This document shows positions 29,064-39,831 of a DNA stretch of 64,000 nucleotides, piece after piece. The notes under the pieces are model-generated. The model was given only the letters and a program-made list of their open reading frames with translations. It was not told the origin of the DNA and did not search any database. The stretch spans positions 89,524-153,523 of the forward strand of contig CAYPAP010000001.1 in assembly GCA_964408775.1 (NCBI GenBank), written 5' to 3'. Numbering within the stretch: position 1 is the first letter of the stretch; each line of letters begins with the position of its first letter. This stretch comes from an uncultured Gammaproteobacteria bacterium. Lineage in GTDB: Bacteria; Patescibacteriota; Patescibacteriia; Patescibacteriales; UBA12465. The position numbers and the translations under genes were made by a program.

Positions 29064-30164
29064 TTATAAACTATTAATCTCCACTGAAGTTTTCTCATCT
29101 ACTAAATGTACCCATGTTTTTCCAATATTAAAAACTACCTCTTCGTCATTATTATAATAATAAATAGTCCTGTCACTATTTTTTATTTTTTTCCAATAGC
29201 CGTCTCGACAAACTCCATCCAAGCAAATGATTGCCTCCCCTTCTCCCAATAAATTTATTCTTAATCTTAGCTCGCTGTCCAAAACCTCTGTCTTGATAAA
29301 TTGCAAAATGACATTATCAACAAAAATTACTTCCCCGTTATCATCAACCTGTTTTTGATGAGCCATCTCCTTTAAATAAACATTTCTATCATAATCATAA
29401 TTCCAGGCGGAATCATATTGATACTGGCCATTGGACAAGGCAATTTTATTACTAATTTCAAAATTTGAATAATCAATCTCATTTTTAGATTTAAATTTCC
29501 AGGAAGTGAAGTCAGAAGAATTAAGATCATTGTCTTCTAGATATTCCTTAATTCTACTATAGTCAGCTAAAACATTATGGGGAGCCTGATACCGGCTATA
29601 ACGAAAAAAATAATAACTATTATAAAACTCGTTAAGAGTTAATAATTTTTCCTTAATAATCCTAGCTAAGGCCTCAGGGCTACCACCACAATGCAACATT
29701 AAAGCCTCGTACTCTGAAGATATCTCCAGAAAATAAGGACGGGCACTTCTAATGGGACCAATTTCAAAATTATCTTCCAAATCAGAGCGAAAAAATGCTA
29801 AATAACGATTTATTCCTCCTTCGGCTGGAATATCGTAAACCAAGCTAGCCCTATTTAATCCAAACTGAGGACGAGCTAAACTATGATTATCCAAAACAGC
29901 AGAAATTAAAAAAGGATTCTCTTCGCCCAAAGAAACCCGTTGACCATCTATTAGTCTATTCTGGCAGAAATCGTCACAATGCTCTTCAATCTCCACCCCG
30001 CCGCTATTATCAAAATAATTATCGCCTGATTCCTGAGAATTTTTTTTAATTAAAATAAAAACTGAAAATATTAGCAATAAAAAAATAAAAAAAGAGTAAA
30101 AAAATATTTTATACTTCTTAAAAATCTTTTTAGTTTTATTGATTTTCCTTTTAATAAAAGTCAT
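29064..30164 (-). CDS. DUF3048-family secreted/membrane-anchored protein
   Basis: 366 aa with an N-terminal TM anchor. ...NHSLARPQFGLNRASLVYDIPAEGGINRYLAFF is typical of DUF3048. Confidence 0.65.
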   Translation of the reverse strand: MTFIKRKINKTKKIFKKYKIFFYSFFIFLLLIFSVFILIKKNSQESGDNYFDNSGGVEIEEHCDDFCQNRLIDGQRVSLGEENPFLISAVLDNHSLARPQFGLNRASLVYDIPAEGGINRYLAFFRSDLEDNFEIGPIRSARPYFLEISSEYEALMLHCGGSPEALARIIKEKLLTLNEFYNSYYFFRYSRYQAPHNVLADYSRIKEYLEDNDLNSSDFTSWKFKSKNEIDYSNFEISNKIALSNGQYQYDSAWNYDYDRNVYLKEMAHQKQVDDNGEVIFVDNVILQFIKTEVLDSELRLRINLLGEGEAIICLDGVCRDGYWKKIKNSDRTIYYYNNDEEVVFNIGKTWVHLVDEKTSVEINSL

Positions 30165-30173
30165 TTAAAAAAA

Positions 30174-31391
30174 TTACAAACTATTTATCTCCTCCAGAGT
30201 CTCTCGGGCACATTTTTCCCAACTAAAATTCTTGGAGTGGCTCAATCCTTTACTAATTAAATTTTGTCTCAACTCTTTATCAAATAAAATCTCTTCGAGT
30301 TTACGAGCCATGTCAATTGGGTTAAAGCGATCAAAGAATAAAGCACAATCATGAGCGACCTCCATCAAAACATCTATATCAGAGGATAAAACTGGAACAC
30401 CACAGGCCATGGCTTGAATAACAGGTATGCCAAATCCCTCATACAAAGAAGGAAAAATAAAGACATTGGCTTTATTAAAAATACAGGGCAAATCATCTTC
30501 TTCTACCCAGCCCAAATTTATAATGTCGTCCTCCAAGCCTAATTCTTCAATAATGTACTTCATTTCGTCGTAACCAAATCCAGCACTACCAATTAACACT
30601 AATTTATTAGAGCTATCTTTATTATTTTCTTTAAAAATGGAGAATCCCTCTATTAAATTATATATATTTTTTTTCTTTTCTAAGCGACCAACATACAATA
30701 AAAAATCTTCCGGAATACCATATTTTTTCAGAACACTTTCTTTGATATCTTCATCTTCAACGGGACGATAAAGCTCATTATTAAAACCATTATAAATTAC
30801 TTTAATTTTATTAGGAGAAATTTTTTTATAGTTTTTTAAAATATCATTTTTAGTGAAATTAGAAACAGCAATTATTTTCCGGGCCTTCCTTAGAGCAAAT
30901 TTAGTAGACCATTTTAAATGATCAGTAGATTTAAAACTATACTGACAAAACGTAAATATTTTTACAAAAAAATTTAATAATTTATAAGAAGAAGCGGAGA
31001 CATCAGAAGAAACATCTTTGCTATAGATAACATCATTACTAATAAAGGCTATATCATGAATAGTATTAATTGTTTTCTTCGGAAAAAACAAGGGCAAAGA
31101 ATGAGCCGGGACAAACAAAGCATCCGGTCGTTTAAAAATCATTTCCAGACTAAGTCGTCCTATTGTCCAAAAATACTTAAAAGGCCACTTTAGAACCTTG
31201 ACCCTAACATTTTTATTATTACTAAGATTCAAATCATTTAAAAAAGCCCGATTTAAAGGCTTGTCAGAATACAAAATGTATTTATTTTCTTTGTCTATTT
31301 TGATTAAATTGGTAATTAAATAATAGGAATACCATTCCGTTCCGGTTTTAAAATCGCGATTAGCCCGCGAAGCATCTATTCCTATCGTCAT
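30174..31391 (-). CDS. family-4 (GT-B) glycosyltransferase
   Basis: 405 aa. ...PSLYEGFGIPVIQAMACGVPVLSSD. Confidence 0.85.
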   Translation of the reverse strand: MTIGIDASRANRDFKTGTEWYSYYLITNLIKIDKENKYILYSDKPLNRAFLNDLNLSNNKNVRVKVLKWPFKYFWTIGRLSLEMIFKRPDALFVPAHSLPLFFPKKTINTIHDIAFISNDVIYSKDVSSDVSASSYKLLNFFVKIFTFCQYSFKSTDHLKWSTKFALRKARKIIAVSNFTKNDILKNYKKISPNKIKVIYNGFNNELYRPVEDEDIKESVLKKYGIPEDFLLYVGRLEKKKNIYNLIEGFSIFKENNKDSSNKLVLIGSAGFGYDEMKYIIEELGLEDDIINLGWVEEDDLPCIFNKANVFIFPSLYEGFGIPVIQAMACGVPVLSSDIDVLMEVAHDCALFFDRFNPIDMARKLEEILFDKELRQNLISKGLSHSKNFSWEKCARETLEEINSL

Positions 31392-31392
31392 A

Positions 31393-32406
31393 TTATTTGG
31401 TAGCCAAAATACTTCTTTTATAGGAATCTAAATTATCCAAAGCAATGCCGGTACCCTTAGCCACGCACAGTAAAGGATCATCAGCCACATAAGTTGAGAC
31501 ACCGATAGCCTGAGAAAAAAGCTGATCGATATTTCTAAGCAAAGCAGTCCCCCCAGTTAAAACTATGCCCTTGTCAATAATGTCGGCTACTAACTCGGGT
31601 GGAGTTTGTTGAAGTATTTTTTTAGCTGTATTTAAAATTATTTCTAATTCTCCAGAAATGGCTGAGGTAACATCGTTGCTGTTAACCTCAATAGTTTTGG
31701 GCAAACCACTAACTCCGTCTCGTCCATTTATTTCCATAAATATTCTACTATCATCTTCTAAGAACATAGCTGAACCTACTTTTATTTTCATTTCCTCAGC
31801 CGTTCTTTCTCCAATAACTAAACCATACTTTTTGCGAACGTATTCCAAAATAGCTAGGTCTAATTTATTACCCCCAACTCGGACTGAAGTAGAGGAAACT
31901 ACTCCACCCAAAGAAATAACAGCCATCTCGGATGTTCCCCCACCAATATCAACCACCATATGCCCAGTAGCCGAACTAATGGGAATATTAGCACCAATAG
32001 CCGCAGCTACTGGCTCTTTGATAATATAGGCGGCCTTAGCTCCGGCAGCAATAGTAGCCTCAATAACAGCCCTTCTTTCAGTAGAAGAAATTCCAGCTGG
32101 AACGGCCACCATAACTTCTGGACGGAAAATTCTAACTTTTCCCAAGGTTTTATTAATAAAATAACGAATCATGGCCTCGGTAGTGCGATAATCAGCGATA
32201 ACCCCCTCCTTTAATGGTTTTAGGGCAATAATGGTGTCCGGAGTACGTCCTAGCATGTCTTTAGCCTCATTACCTACAGCTAAAACCTTATTATCATCAA
32301 TAGAAACAGCCACGACACTAGGTTCGTTGATAACCACACCTCTTTTAGGTAAATATACCAAAGTGTAGGTTGTACCCAAATCTATTCCGATTCTTTTAAC
32401 CATCAT
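31393..32406 (-). CDS. mreB: rod-shape-determining actin homologue MreB (copy 2)
   Basis: 337 aa. IGIDLGTTYTLVY...INEPSVVAV...VVDIGGGTSEMAVISLGG. Confidence 0.9.
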   Translation of the reverse strand: MMVKRIGIDLGTTYTLVYLPKRGVVINEPSVVAVSIDDNKVLAVGNEAKDMLGRTPDTIIALKPLKEGVIADYRTTEAMIRYFINKTLGKVRIFRPEVMVAVPAGISSTERRAVIEATIAAGAKAAYIIKEPVAAAIGANIPISSATGHMVVDIGGGTSEMAVISLGGVVSSTSVRVGGNKLDLAILEYVRKKYGLVIGERTAEEMKIKVGSAMFLEDDSRIFMEINGRDGVSGLPKTIEVNSNDVTSAISGELEIILNTAKKILQQTPPELVADIIDKGIVLTGGTALLRNIDQLFSQAIGVSTYVADDPLLCVAKGTGIALDNLDSYKRSILATK

Positions 32407-32483
32407 AAGTTTAAAATTATTTGAAAATCATAAGTATATATTAGCTTTTTATTATTTTTTAGTCAATGACATGTATTTTTTAA

Positions 32484-32510
32484 ATAAAAAAAGCCCCGAA
32501 TTTAGGGCTT
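32484..32510 (-). terminator. intrinsic terminator
   Basis: Minus strand reads AAGCCC-TAAATTCG-GGGCTT followed by TTTTTTATTT, directly after the stop at 32512. Confidence 0.6.
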
Positions 32511-32511
32511 A

Positions 32512-32967
32512 TTATTTTTTGTAAAGAGGCCAACGAGATAAAATTCCCAATAAATTACTTAAGGGGAATTGGTGACTACAAAAGAAATCAATTTCATTTT
32601 CTGAAACCTCCGGACCTCCCCCTGCCCATAATTTCAGATTATCTATAAAATCGTTGCGAACATAATCATAGATAATCATATCTGATGACTTCTTAAGGGG
32701 GGACCCGGCTAGCTTATCTATAAACTTCGTCATTTCTGACTTCATTCCGTCAAATCCACCAAAGTCAGCCTCTATACTTTTAGGGGGCTTGATATGCAAG
32801 ACTATCAAGCACTTACGCCCCTTCAAGATAAAAATCCCGAGGTTTTTCATCCTCTGGATATCATCTTTCTCAAATTTTTTCTCCAGCAACTCATAGGGCA
32901 AATCGAAGGGCTCTTTCCCGTAGAAAAAATTTTCTAAGTCATAAAACAATCCATTCATGCCATTCAT
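32512..32967 (-). CDS. hypothetical protein
   Basis: 151-aa ORF with its own terminator. No family recognised. Confidence 0.5.
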   Translation of the reverse strand: MNGMNGLFYDLENFFYGKEPFDLPYELLEKKFEKDDIQRMKNLGIFILKGRKCLIVLHIKPPKSIEADFGGFDGMKSEMTKFIDKLAGSPLKKSSDMIIYDYVRNDFIDNLKLWAGGGPEVSENEIDFFCSHQFPLSNLLGILSRWPLYKK

Positions 32968-33092
32968 GCTTACTCCCGTTTTAAAGATTGGTTAATACTA
33001 ATTTAAAGGAACCAAACAATATTAAAACACAAAAAATAACTTAAATCAATACCACCACTCTATATTCCATTATAATCTTAATTAAATAAAAG

Positions 33093-34349
33093 CTAATCTT
33101 TCCTTAAAGCCTCTACCGGATCAAGTCGGCCGGCTTTTCTAGCCGGGAACAAACCAAATAAAACTCCGAAAAATAAAGCGAATAATACAGAAACAATAAA
33201 GGCCTTAATTGGGACAGAAAAGCTCCACTCTAAACCAAAGTAATTGGCTACTAAACAAATAAAGAAAGAAAAGACGACTCCCAGAACCATACCTAAAAAT
33301 GCTCCTATCAACGTTATCAGAATTGACTCAATTAAAAATTGACGCATAATGTCGGAAAATTTAGCCCCCACAGCCTTACGTAAGCCAATTTCTGGTGTTC
33401 TCTCGGAAACTATCACATACATTACATTTAAGATACCGACTCCCCCGACTACCAATGAAACCGCTACTATTAAAAGCAATAAAATAGTAATACTCTGGGT
33501 AACATCCTGAGAAATTTTCAACATCTCTTCCATAGTGGTAACTCGAAAATCGTCCCTATCGGGATCACTAATATTATGATTATCCCTAAGGATTTGGCGC
33601 ATCTCTTCGGCCGTCTCTTCTGATAAATCTGAATTAACCAAACTATGAACCATATATAAAAAATAATCTATTCCCATTATTTTTTTCTGTAAAGTTCTAA
33701 CTGGTAATAAAGCCATAGAATCATAATCGAAACCAATAGTTGCCCCTCTCTCCCCTAACACGCCAATAACTTGATAACGCCCCCTCTTTATAATAACATT
33801 TTTGCCTATCGGATCATCACCCTTAAAAATATCCTGAGCTATTTGATGACCCAACACAACAACCTGAGACAAGGAATTATTTTCATTATCAGTAAAAAAA
33901 TAACCGCTTTCAATTTCAGATTTATCTATATCAATATAGTCCGGACCAACGCCAAATAAGAAAACTTTTTGGGTTTCATTTAAATAGGACAGAGTTTCTT
34001 GATTAAGCACAGCTCCATAACCGGAAGAAATATTATCCAGCCTCTTAATATCATCCAGGTCTTTTTCTTTCATAGTGGTTACCTGAACACCGCTGGCTAA
34101 GGCACTGGAGCTATCCATATCAGCCTCCATTCCCTTTTTAGAGCTAGGCACTTTTACTTCAGTTTGAATAATATTGGTACCAAAAGCTTCTATCTGACCG
34201 ACAATTAAACTCCTAATTCCCTCTCCAGCTGAAAAAACAATAATAATACTAGCGACACCAATCACCATTCCTAAAACTGTCAAAGCAGTTCTTAATTTAT
34301 TTTTAGCCATCGACAAAAGTGACAGTCTGGCAACTTCAATTACTCTCAT
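33093..34349 (-). CDS. ABC transporter permease, MacB/FtsX type
   Basis: 418 aa. N-terminal TM, a periplasmic domain of about 230 aa, and a C-terminal FtsX 3-TM bundle. Confidence 0.85.
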   Translation of the reverse strand: MRVIEVARLSLLSMAKNKLRTALTVLGMVIGVASIIIVFSAGEGIRSLIVGQIEAFGTNIIQTEVKVPSSKKGMEADMDSSSALASGVQVTTMKEKDLDDIKRLDNISSGYGAVLNQETLSYLNETQKVFLFGVGPDYIDIDKSEIESGYFFTDNENNSLSQVVVLGHQIAQDIFKGDDPIGKNVIIKRGRYQVIGVLGERGATIGFDYDSMALLPVRTLQKKIMGIDYFLYMVHSLVNSDLSEETAEEMRQILRDNHNISDPDRDDFRVTTMEEMLKISQDVTQSITILLLLIVAVSLVVGGVGILNVMYVIVSERTPEIGLRKAVGAKFSDIMRQFLIESILITLIGAFLGMVLGVVFSFFICLVANYFGLEWSFSVPIKAFIVSVLFALFFGVLFGLFPARKAGRLDPVEALRKD

Positions 34350-34367
34350 AATTTTATTAAATAAAAA

Positions 34368-35624
34368 TTATTCATAACTTAGGGCCTCTACTGGCTCTAA
34401 TTTGCTAGCCCTATTAGCTGGATAAATACCAAAGATAACACCAACTAAGGCCGAAATAGCAACTGCCAATAAAACAGAAAGAGGGCTGACAACAAAAGCC
34501 CAATCATAATCCAAAAACCCCATAACAACAGATATTAACCAAGAAATAAAAACTCCTAAAATAATTCCAATAATTCCACCAATCATAGTTAAAAACACCG
34601 CTTCTAATAAAAACTGGCTAATAATTGCCTTATTAGGTGCACCTATAGCTTTTCTAACACCAATTTCCCTGGTTCTCTCATTAACGCTAATTAACATTAT
34701 ATTCATAATACCAATTCCTCCAACCACCAAAGATATCCCAGCCATTAAGGCTAAGAAATATTTTAAACCATCAGTTATAGATGTTATTAAGTCTATTAAA
34801 TCTTTCAAGCTCCTGACTGAAAAATCATCGCTATCACCACTTTGGTCTTCTATCCCATGATTAGCTCTGAGTATTACCTCCACTTCGGAAATGAGAGAAT
34901 CAACATCAACATCATCTTCTGGCTTAACGGAAATCTGATTTAAATAATCTATACCAGCAATATTTTTTTGCATTGTTTTAAGAGGCAATAAAACTTTATT
35001 ATCATGATCATTAAAGGCCACCATTCCTCTTTTTTCTGAAACACCTATTACTGTAAAAATTTGTCGATTTATTTTTACTCTTTGGCCGACAGCTTCAGAA
35101 TCGCCAAACAATTCTTCCTTAACAGTGTTGCCCAAAACTACTACCTTACTTAAACTATCATTTTCCTCCTTAGTGAAAAATCTACCAGAGGACAAGTCGC
35201 CCCCTTCAGTGTCTAAATAACCCTCGGTTACTCCTTCTAAGCTAGTGTCGTAAGATCTATCTTGAAAAGACACAACCCCAACACCATTAACATAGGCTGT
35301 TAGTGAATAAATTCCAATATCACTTTTAGCTCTTTCTAGAGAATTAAGATCTTCTAAGCTAAGGGAGGTCACAATTATACCTAAAACTGATGTTGGTGGG
35401 CCTTTGTCGTCCGACTTGCCGGGAGTAATAGAAATAATATTAGAACCAAGACCTTCAATCTGTCCTAAAATCAAACTCTGGGCTCCGGCACCGACCGACA
35501 TAATAACAATAACCGAGGCTACGCCGATTATTATTCCCAGCATTGTCAAAAAACTTCTGACTTTATTAGTCAGAAGAGCTTTGATAGAAGTTTTAAATGA
35601 TTGTTTGAGCTTTAAGATATTCAT
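34368..35624 (-). CDS. ABC transporter permease, MacB/FtsX type (paralogue)
   Basis: 418 aa with the same architecture, ending ...GIYPANRASKLEPVEAL. Confidence 0.85.
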   Translation of the reverse strand: MNILKLKQSFKTSIKALLTNKVRSFLTMLGIIIGVASVIVIMSVGAGAQSLILGQIEGLGSNIISITPGKSDDKGPPTSVLGIIVTSLSLEDLNSLERAKSDIGIYSLTAYVNGVGVVSFQDRSYDTSLEGVTEGYLDTEGGDLSSGRFFTKEENDSLSKVVVLGNTVKEELFGDSEAVGQRVKINRQIFTVIGVSEKRGMVAFNDHDNKVLLPLKTMQKNIAGIDYLNQISVKPEDDVDVDSLISEVEVILRANHGIEDQSGDSDDFSVRSLKDLIDLITSITDGLKYFLALMAGISLVVGGIGIMNIMLISVNERTREIGVRKAIGAPNKAIISQFLLEAVFLTMIGGIIGIILGVFISWLISVVMGFLDYDWAFVVSPLSVLLAVAISALVGVIFGIYPANRASKLEPVEALSYE

Positions 35625-35640
35625 ATTTAAATTAGATATA

Positions 35641-36354
35641 TCACTTTAACAGCATTCCATCTTTGGCTATTTTACGATTTTTGACTGGTTCATCACTTAA
35701 TATCAAACCATCCTTAACCCTAATAATTCTTTTAGCATGCTCAGCCGTGTAGGTTTCATGAGTTACTAAAATAATAGTGTTTCCATCTTCATTTAACTTC
35801 TGCAAAATTTCCATAATTTGTGTTCCGGACTTAGAGTCCAGGTTTCCTGTCGGCTCATCAGCAAAAATAACCGAAGGATTATTAACAAGAGCCCGAGCAA
35901 TGGCCACGCGCTGTTTTTCTCCGCCCGATATTTGATTGGTGTAATAGTTTAAGCGATGACCCAAACCAACACTGTCCAAAACCTTCCTAGCTCGATCCCC
36001 CATATTTCTGCGATTTTCTGAATAAGTTAGTGGTAAAACAACATTATCTAAAACTGAGGTTTTAGGCAATAAATTAAAGGATTGAAAAACAAAGCCAATT
36101 TTTTTATTACGAAAATTAGCTAATTGGTCATCATTAAGACTGCTAACATCTTGTCCGTCAAACTCATAAGAACCGCTACTTAAGCGGTCTAATAACCCCA
36201 ATATATGCATTAAAGTTGATTTGCCCGATCCGGAAGGCCCCATAATAGAGACAAATTCTCCCTTATCAATATCAAAGGAAATTCCATGTAAAACCTTAGT
36301 AACGACATCATCAGAACCAAATTCTTTTTTTAAATCCCTAATTTTTATTAACAT
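35641..36354 (-). CDS. ABC transporter ATP-binding protein (MacB/LolD type)
   Basis: 237 aa. [34 protein letters not shown]. It ends in TGA. Confidence 0.9.
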   Translation of the reverse strand: MLIKIRDLKKEFGSDDVVTKVLHGISFDIDKGEFVSIMGPSGSGKSTLMHILGLLDRLSSGSYEFDGQDVSSLNDDQLANFRNKKIGFVFQSFNLLPKTSVLDNVVLPLTYSENRRNMGDRARKVLDSVGLGHRLNYYTNQISGGEKQRVAIARALVNNPSVIFADEPTGNLDSKSGTQIMEILQKLNEDGNTIILVTHETYTAEHAKRIIRVKDGLILSDEPVKNRKIAKDGMLLK

Positions 36355-36356
36355 AA

Positions 36357-38270
36357 TTAATTGTTTTTAATTGAGGTAACGACTAAGTCACCTTCCTTTA
36401 ATTCTTCGGAAATTATTTCAATCATAGCTTGGTCGCCACTAATTCCAATTTCTACTGAAACCTCTCTAAAATCACGGCCATCCAGAACCCTAACGTAACG
36501 GTCACCACCATTTCTTAGCAGAACTGCTCGACTCGGAGCCACTAGAACATTTTCCTTAGCGTTAGTAATAATATCAACATTAGCTGTCATCCCGGGTTTA
36601 ATAATTGATTCATCCTGCTCTAAGTTCTCTTCAGAAAAATTTATTTTAATTTTATAATAAATAACATCAGAAATAGAAGTAGATGCTGGCTCAATAAAAT
36701 AAACTTGGCCCGAAGCCTGATAATCACCGCCCAAGGCATCAAAAGTAATATTAACTTTATTGCCAACACTAATCTTGGAGATATCTGTTTCAGAGATAAA
36801 AACCTCGACTTCATAATTGTTTTCGGTTAATAGACTAATAACTGGAACTGCCCCACTAATTTGTTCACCAACCTCGTAACTTATTTTTACCACTTGGCCA
36901 CTTATAGGGGCTGAAATTATATTATCTTCAATCTGCTTTTCAACTAAATCCAAACTAGCTTCAGCTTGATTAACCTGAGACTGGGCTAGCCTTAAATCAT
37001 CGACCTTGGCAGGCGTCCTTAATTTTTTTAATTGTAATTGTGCTACTTCATAGTTTTTCTTAGCTGAATCTAAACGAGCCTCAGCCGCAGACACCTGTTG
37101 ATCGCCGTTGATCTTGGCTAAAGATAAGGCGTTTTCAGCCGCAGAAATAGCATCGCTCAAAGTTGCTTCAGCCCGGCTAACGGCGTCTTGAGCGCTAGAG
37201 ATATTGGTATCATAAGCTAAAAGAGCATTACTAAAAGAAAAATAGGAATTTTGTAAAGCTGAAATTGCAGCACTAATTAAATTCTTGTTGGTATTAACCG
37301 TCGCCTTAAAAGCATCCAAGGAGCTTTGAGGGAAAGAAGATGAGGTAATAGAATTTTCTAGAGCAATAAAAGAATTATTTAAAACCTCAAAAACATCGTT
37401 TAATAAAATCGACAATTCATCGGAAGCCTTCCTGATATTCCCTTCGCTCGGATTACTCCTGGCTATTTTAATATAATTATCAACGCTAGAAGAATTTTCT
37501 ACCGCCATGTTATAAAGCCGATTGGTTTCTATTTTATAGGAAATATTCATAACGCTAAAAACATTTTCAATATTTTCATCATCTAAAATTCTCTTAACAG
37601 CATCCAAGGAAGATCTAGCTACTGAGAAATTGTATTCCAAGGAAGATAATAAGGAACTCTGACTATTACTAATAGTCTGCTGAGAGGTTTTTTTGGTATT
37701 CTCTAAATTTACTCTAGCTGAATCAACCGCCTGTTTAACCGACATTGGAACTAAAAAATTAGGAGACTTTAAATCACTGAGATTTTTTTCAGCTTGAGAA
37801 ATATTTTCGTCTACTATTTTTTTTACCTGACTTAAGTCAATAACAGAAGAGTCGTAAGAACTTTTAGCTTGACTAACCTGAGCCTCTAAAACAGCGATAT
37901 CCTCAAAGGATGCCCCTCTAATTAATTTGTCTTGATTAGTTTTAGCAATATTTAAAGACGCCAAGGCCTCTTCTTTTCTTATTAATAAAGAAGAATAATC
38001 TAACTCAGCTAAAACATCGCCCTCCTCAACTCTGTCTCCAACTTGCACATGAAGCAAGTTTAATTTACCGGGTTGAGCAAAATTCAAACCAATCTCCTGA
38101 TTAGACCTAACTGTCCCTATCTCACTGACTGTTTGAGTTAGATTCTGCCTTTTTATTTCGGCCGTAACATACTCGACCTTATCACCCCCCGAAGAGGCAA
38201 ATATAACGATTGCTAAAAGCACTATAAAAATAGAGCCAAAAATAATCCACTTCTTTTTTTTAATTTTCAT
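36357..38270 (-). CDS. HlyD/MacA-family membrane-fusion adaptor with a very long coiled-coil
   Basis: 637 aa. N-terminal TM anchor; barrel-sandwich segments at both ends (GDRVEEGDVLAEL...; ...ISAPISGQVVKI); a Ser/Ala/Asn-rich helical insert of about 350 aa. Confidence 0.75.
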   Translation of the reverse strand: MKIKKKKWIIFGSIFIVLLAIVIFASSGGDKVEYVTAEIKRQNLTQTVSEIGTVRSNQEIGLNFAQPGKLNLLHVQVGDRVEEGDVLAELDYSSLLIRKEEALASLNIAKTNQDKLIRGASFEDIAVLEAQVSQAKSSYDSSVIDLSQVKKIVDENISQAEKNLSDLKSPNFLVPMSVKQAVDSARVNLENTKKTSQQTISNSQSSLLSSLEYNFSVARSSLDAVKRILDDENIENVFSVMNISYKIETNRLYNMAVENSSSVDNYIKIARSNPSEGNIRKASDELSILLNDVFEVLNNSFIALENSITSSSFPQSSLDAFKATVNTNKNLISAAISALQNSYFSFSNALLAYDTNISSAQDAVSRAEATLSDAISAAENALSLAKINGDQQVSAAEARLDSAKKNYEVAQLQLKKLRTPAKVDDLRLAQSQVNQAEASLDLVEKQIEDNIISAPISGQVVKISYEVGEQISGAVPVISLLTENNYEVEVFISETDISKISVGNKVNITFDALGGDYQASGQVYFIEPASTSISDVIYYKIKINFSEENLEQDESIIKPGMTANVDIITNAKENVLVAPSRAVLLRNGGDRYVRVLDGRDFREVSVEIGISGDQAMIEIISEELKEGDLVVTSIKNN

Positions 38271-38286
38271 ATTTAAATTTTAATAA

Positions 38287-38721
38287 TTAATCCATAACAA
38301 GGCCATCTGTGTCATCCTGATTGTCTTCGGAGAAATTCTTTTCTCCTCGACTCATAACACGCATTACCTTATTAGAGAAACTGTAAATATCAAACTCATT
38401 TTTCATAAAATAATAATTAGCTCCCAACCCCACACTGCGAGTCCGACCATCCTCATCACTTAAGTCAGTGAATATAAAAATTTCGGCGTTATTAGTGCTA
38501 TCATCCTCTTTTATTTTTTTAACAATCTCCGACCCATCTAATTTTGGCAAGACAATATCTAAAATAATAACATCTGGTTTAAGTTTCTTAATTTTACCTA
38601 ATAAATCATCTAATTCTTCGTTAGAATCACTAATCTCGACCTCATAGTCATTGGAGGCGAAAATATCACGCATTCCATATAAAATATTTAAGTCATCTTC
38701 AATTATAAATATTTTGTTCAT
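38287..38721 (-). CDS. stand-alone response-regulator receiver domain
   Basis: 144 aa. FIIEDD...DVIILDIVLPKLDG...F(T)DL. Confidence 0.75.
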   Translation of the reverse strand: MNKIFIIEDDLNILYGMRDIFASNDYEVEISDSNEELDDLLGKIKKLKPDVIILDIVLPKLDGSEIVKKIKEDDSTNNAEIFIFTDLSDEDGRTRSVGLGANYYFMKNEFDIYSFSNKVMRVMSRGEKNFSEDNQDDTDGLVMD

Positions 38722-38810
38722 ATTTTTTTATTAATTATAATCAATTCTAAATATTTCAACCAAAATCTAAGTCGAATTAGACAAAAGTCGGACTAAAATC
38801 TAATTCTGAA

Positions 38811-39785
38811 TTATATTTTAGTAAAATTTAATAAACCATTCTGAGCCCCTGACTTGGAGACGACCGAAGCTGTGTTTTTAACTCCCAATAGCATTGCCTT
38901 CTTATAATCACCCGAAAACCTCTCCAATGATCCAATAACAGTGGAGTTAAAAGCATCCCCCACCCCAGTAGTATCAACCTTTTTTTGTTTTTTTGCAATT
39001 CCCTGGTGGTAAAAATTTTCTCCATCATAAAAATAAGCTCCCCTAACACCATCTGTTAATATAATTTTATCTGGGCCAAAACTCTTTAAAATTTTAACCA
39101 GATTATAAGCATTATTCAAAAAACTATCACTCTTATTAGAATATTCTGAGCTTTTTTTAATTAATTCCAAGGCTTCATCTTTGTTGACCATAAAAACATC
39201 AGTCTTTTCTAAAAACTTCCCTATTTTTTGAACTCCACCACTTAATTGACTCAATCCTGGGTTCCAGGCTATTTTATTTTTAAAAGAGAAAATATTTTTC
39301 AAACTACTCAAATAATTATCTGGCAAAGAGGTTAAATAAACCCATTTATGCTTCCTTATTAATTCTTCATGTTTCTTTTCAATTTTTAAAAAATCATTAG
39401 ACCCGCGATAAACAAAGATAATTCTGTCTTGACTATTACTTAGAATAAAGGAAAATCCGGAATCATTCTTTTTATCTATTATAATATTATCAGTATTCAC
39501 TTTGAAATTTTTAAAATTCTTTATAATTCCAGAGCCCCTCTCGTCTGAGCCAACCTGGGCCAAGCAGGTTACCCTAAATCCGGCCTTAGCCAAGTTTACT
39601 GCAGTATTTGAAGCTCCTCCACCAAAATAATGACCATATTCTTTAATATTAACCTTAGCCCCATACTCAAAAGCTAATAATTTCTGCCTCAATAAATCCT
39701 TTCTATTGTCCAATAAAAGGCCCTCGGGAGTAAAAAAAACAATATCCTCAGTTAAGCTCCCTATTGTTAAAAAATCTTTTAACAT
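38811..39785 (-). CDS. PfkB-family carbohydrate kinase
   Basis: 324 aa. GGGASNTAV... and DTTGVGDAF (PfkB signature 2). Confidence 0.8.
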   Translation of the reverse strand: MLKDFLTIGSLTEDIVFFTPEGLLLDNRKDLLRQKLLAFEYGAKVNIKEYGHYFGGGASNTAVNLAKAGFRVTCLAQVGSDERGSGIIKNFKNFKVNTDNIIIDKKNDSGFSFILSNSQDRIIFVYRGSNDFLKIEKKHEELIRKHKWVYLTSLPDNYLSSLKNIFSFKNKIAWNPGLSQLSGGVQKIGKFLEKTDVFMVNKDEALELIKKSSEYSNKSDSFLNNAYNLVKILKSFGPDKIILTDGVRGAYFYDGENFYHQGIAKKQKKVDTTGVGDAFNSTVIGSLERFSGDYKKAMLLGVKNTASVVSKSGAQNGLLNFTKI

Positions 39786-39831
39786 AAAAATTGATAATTA
39801 TTATTAAATATAACAATATAATAGCATAAAA

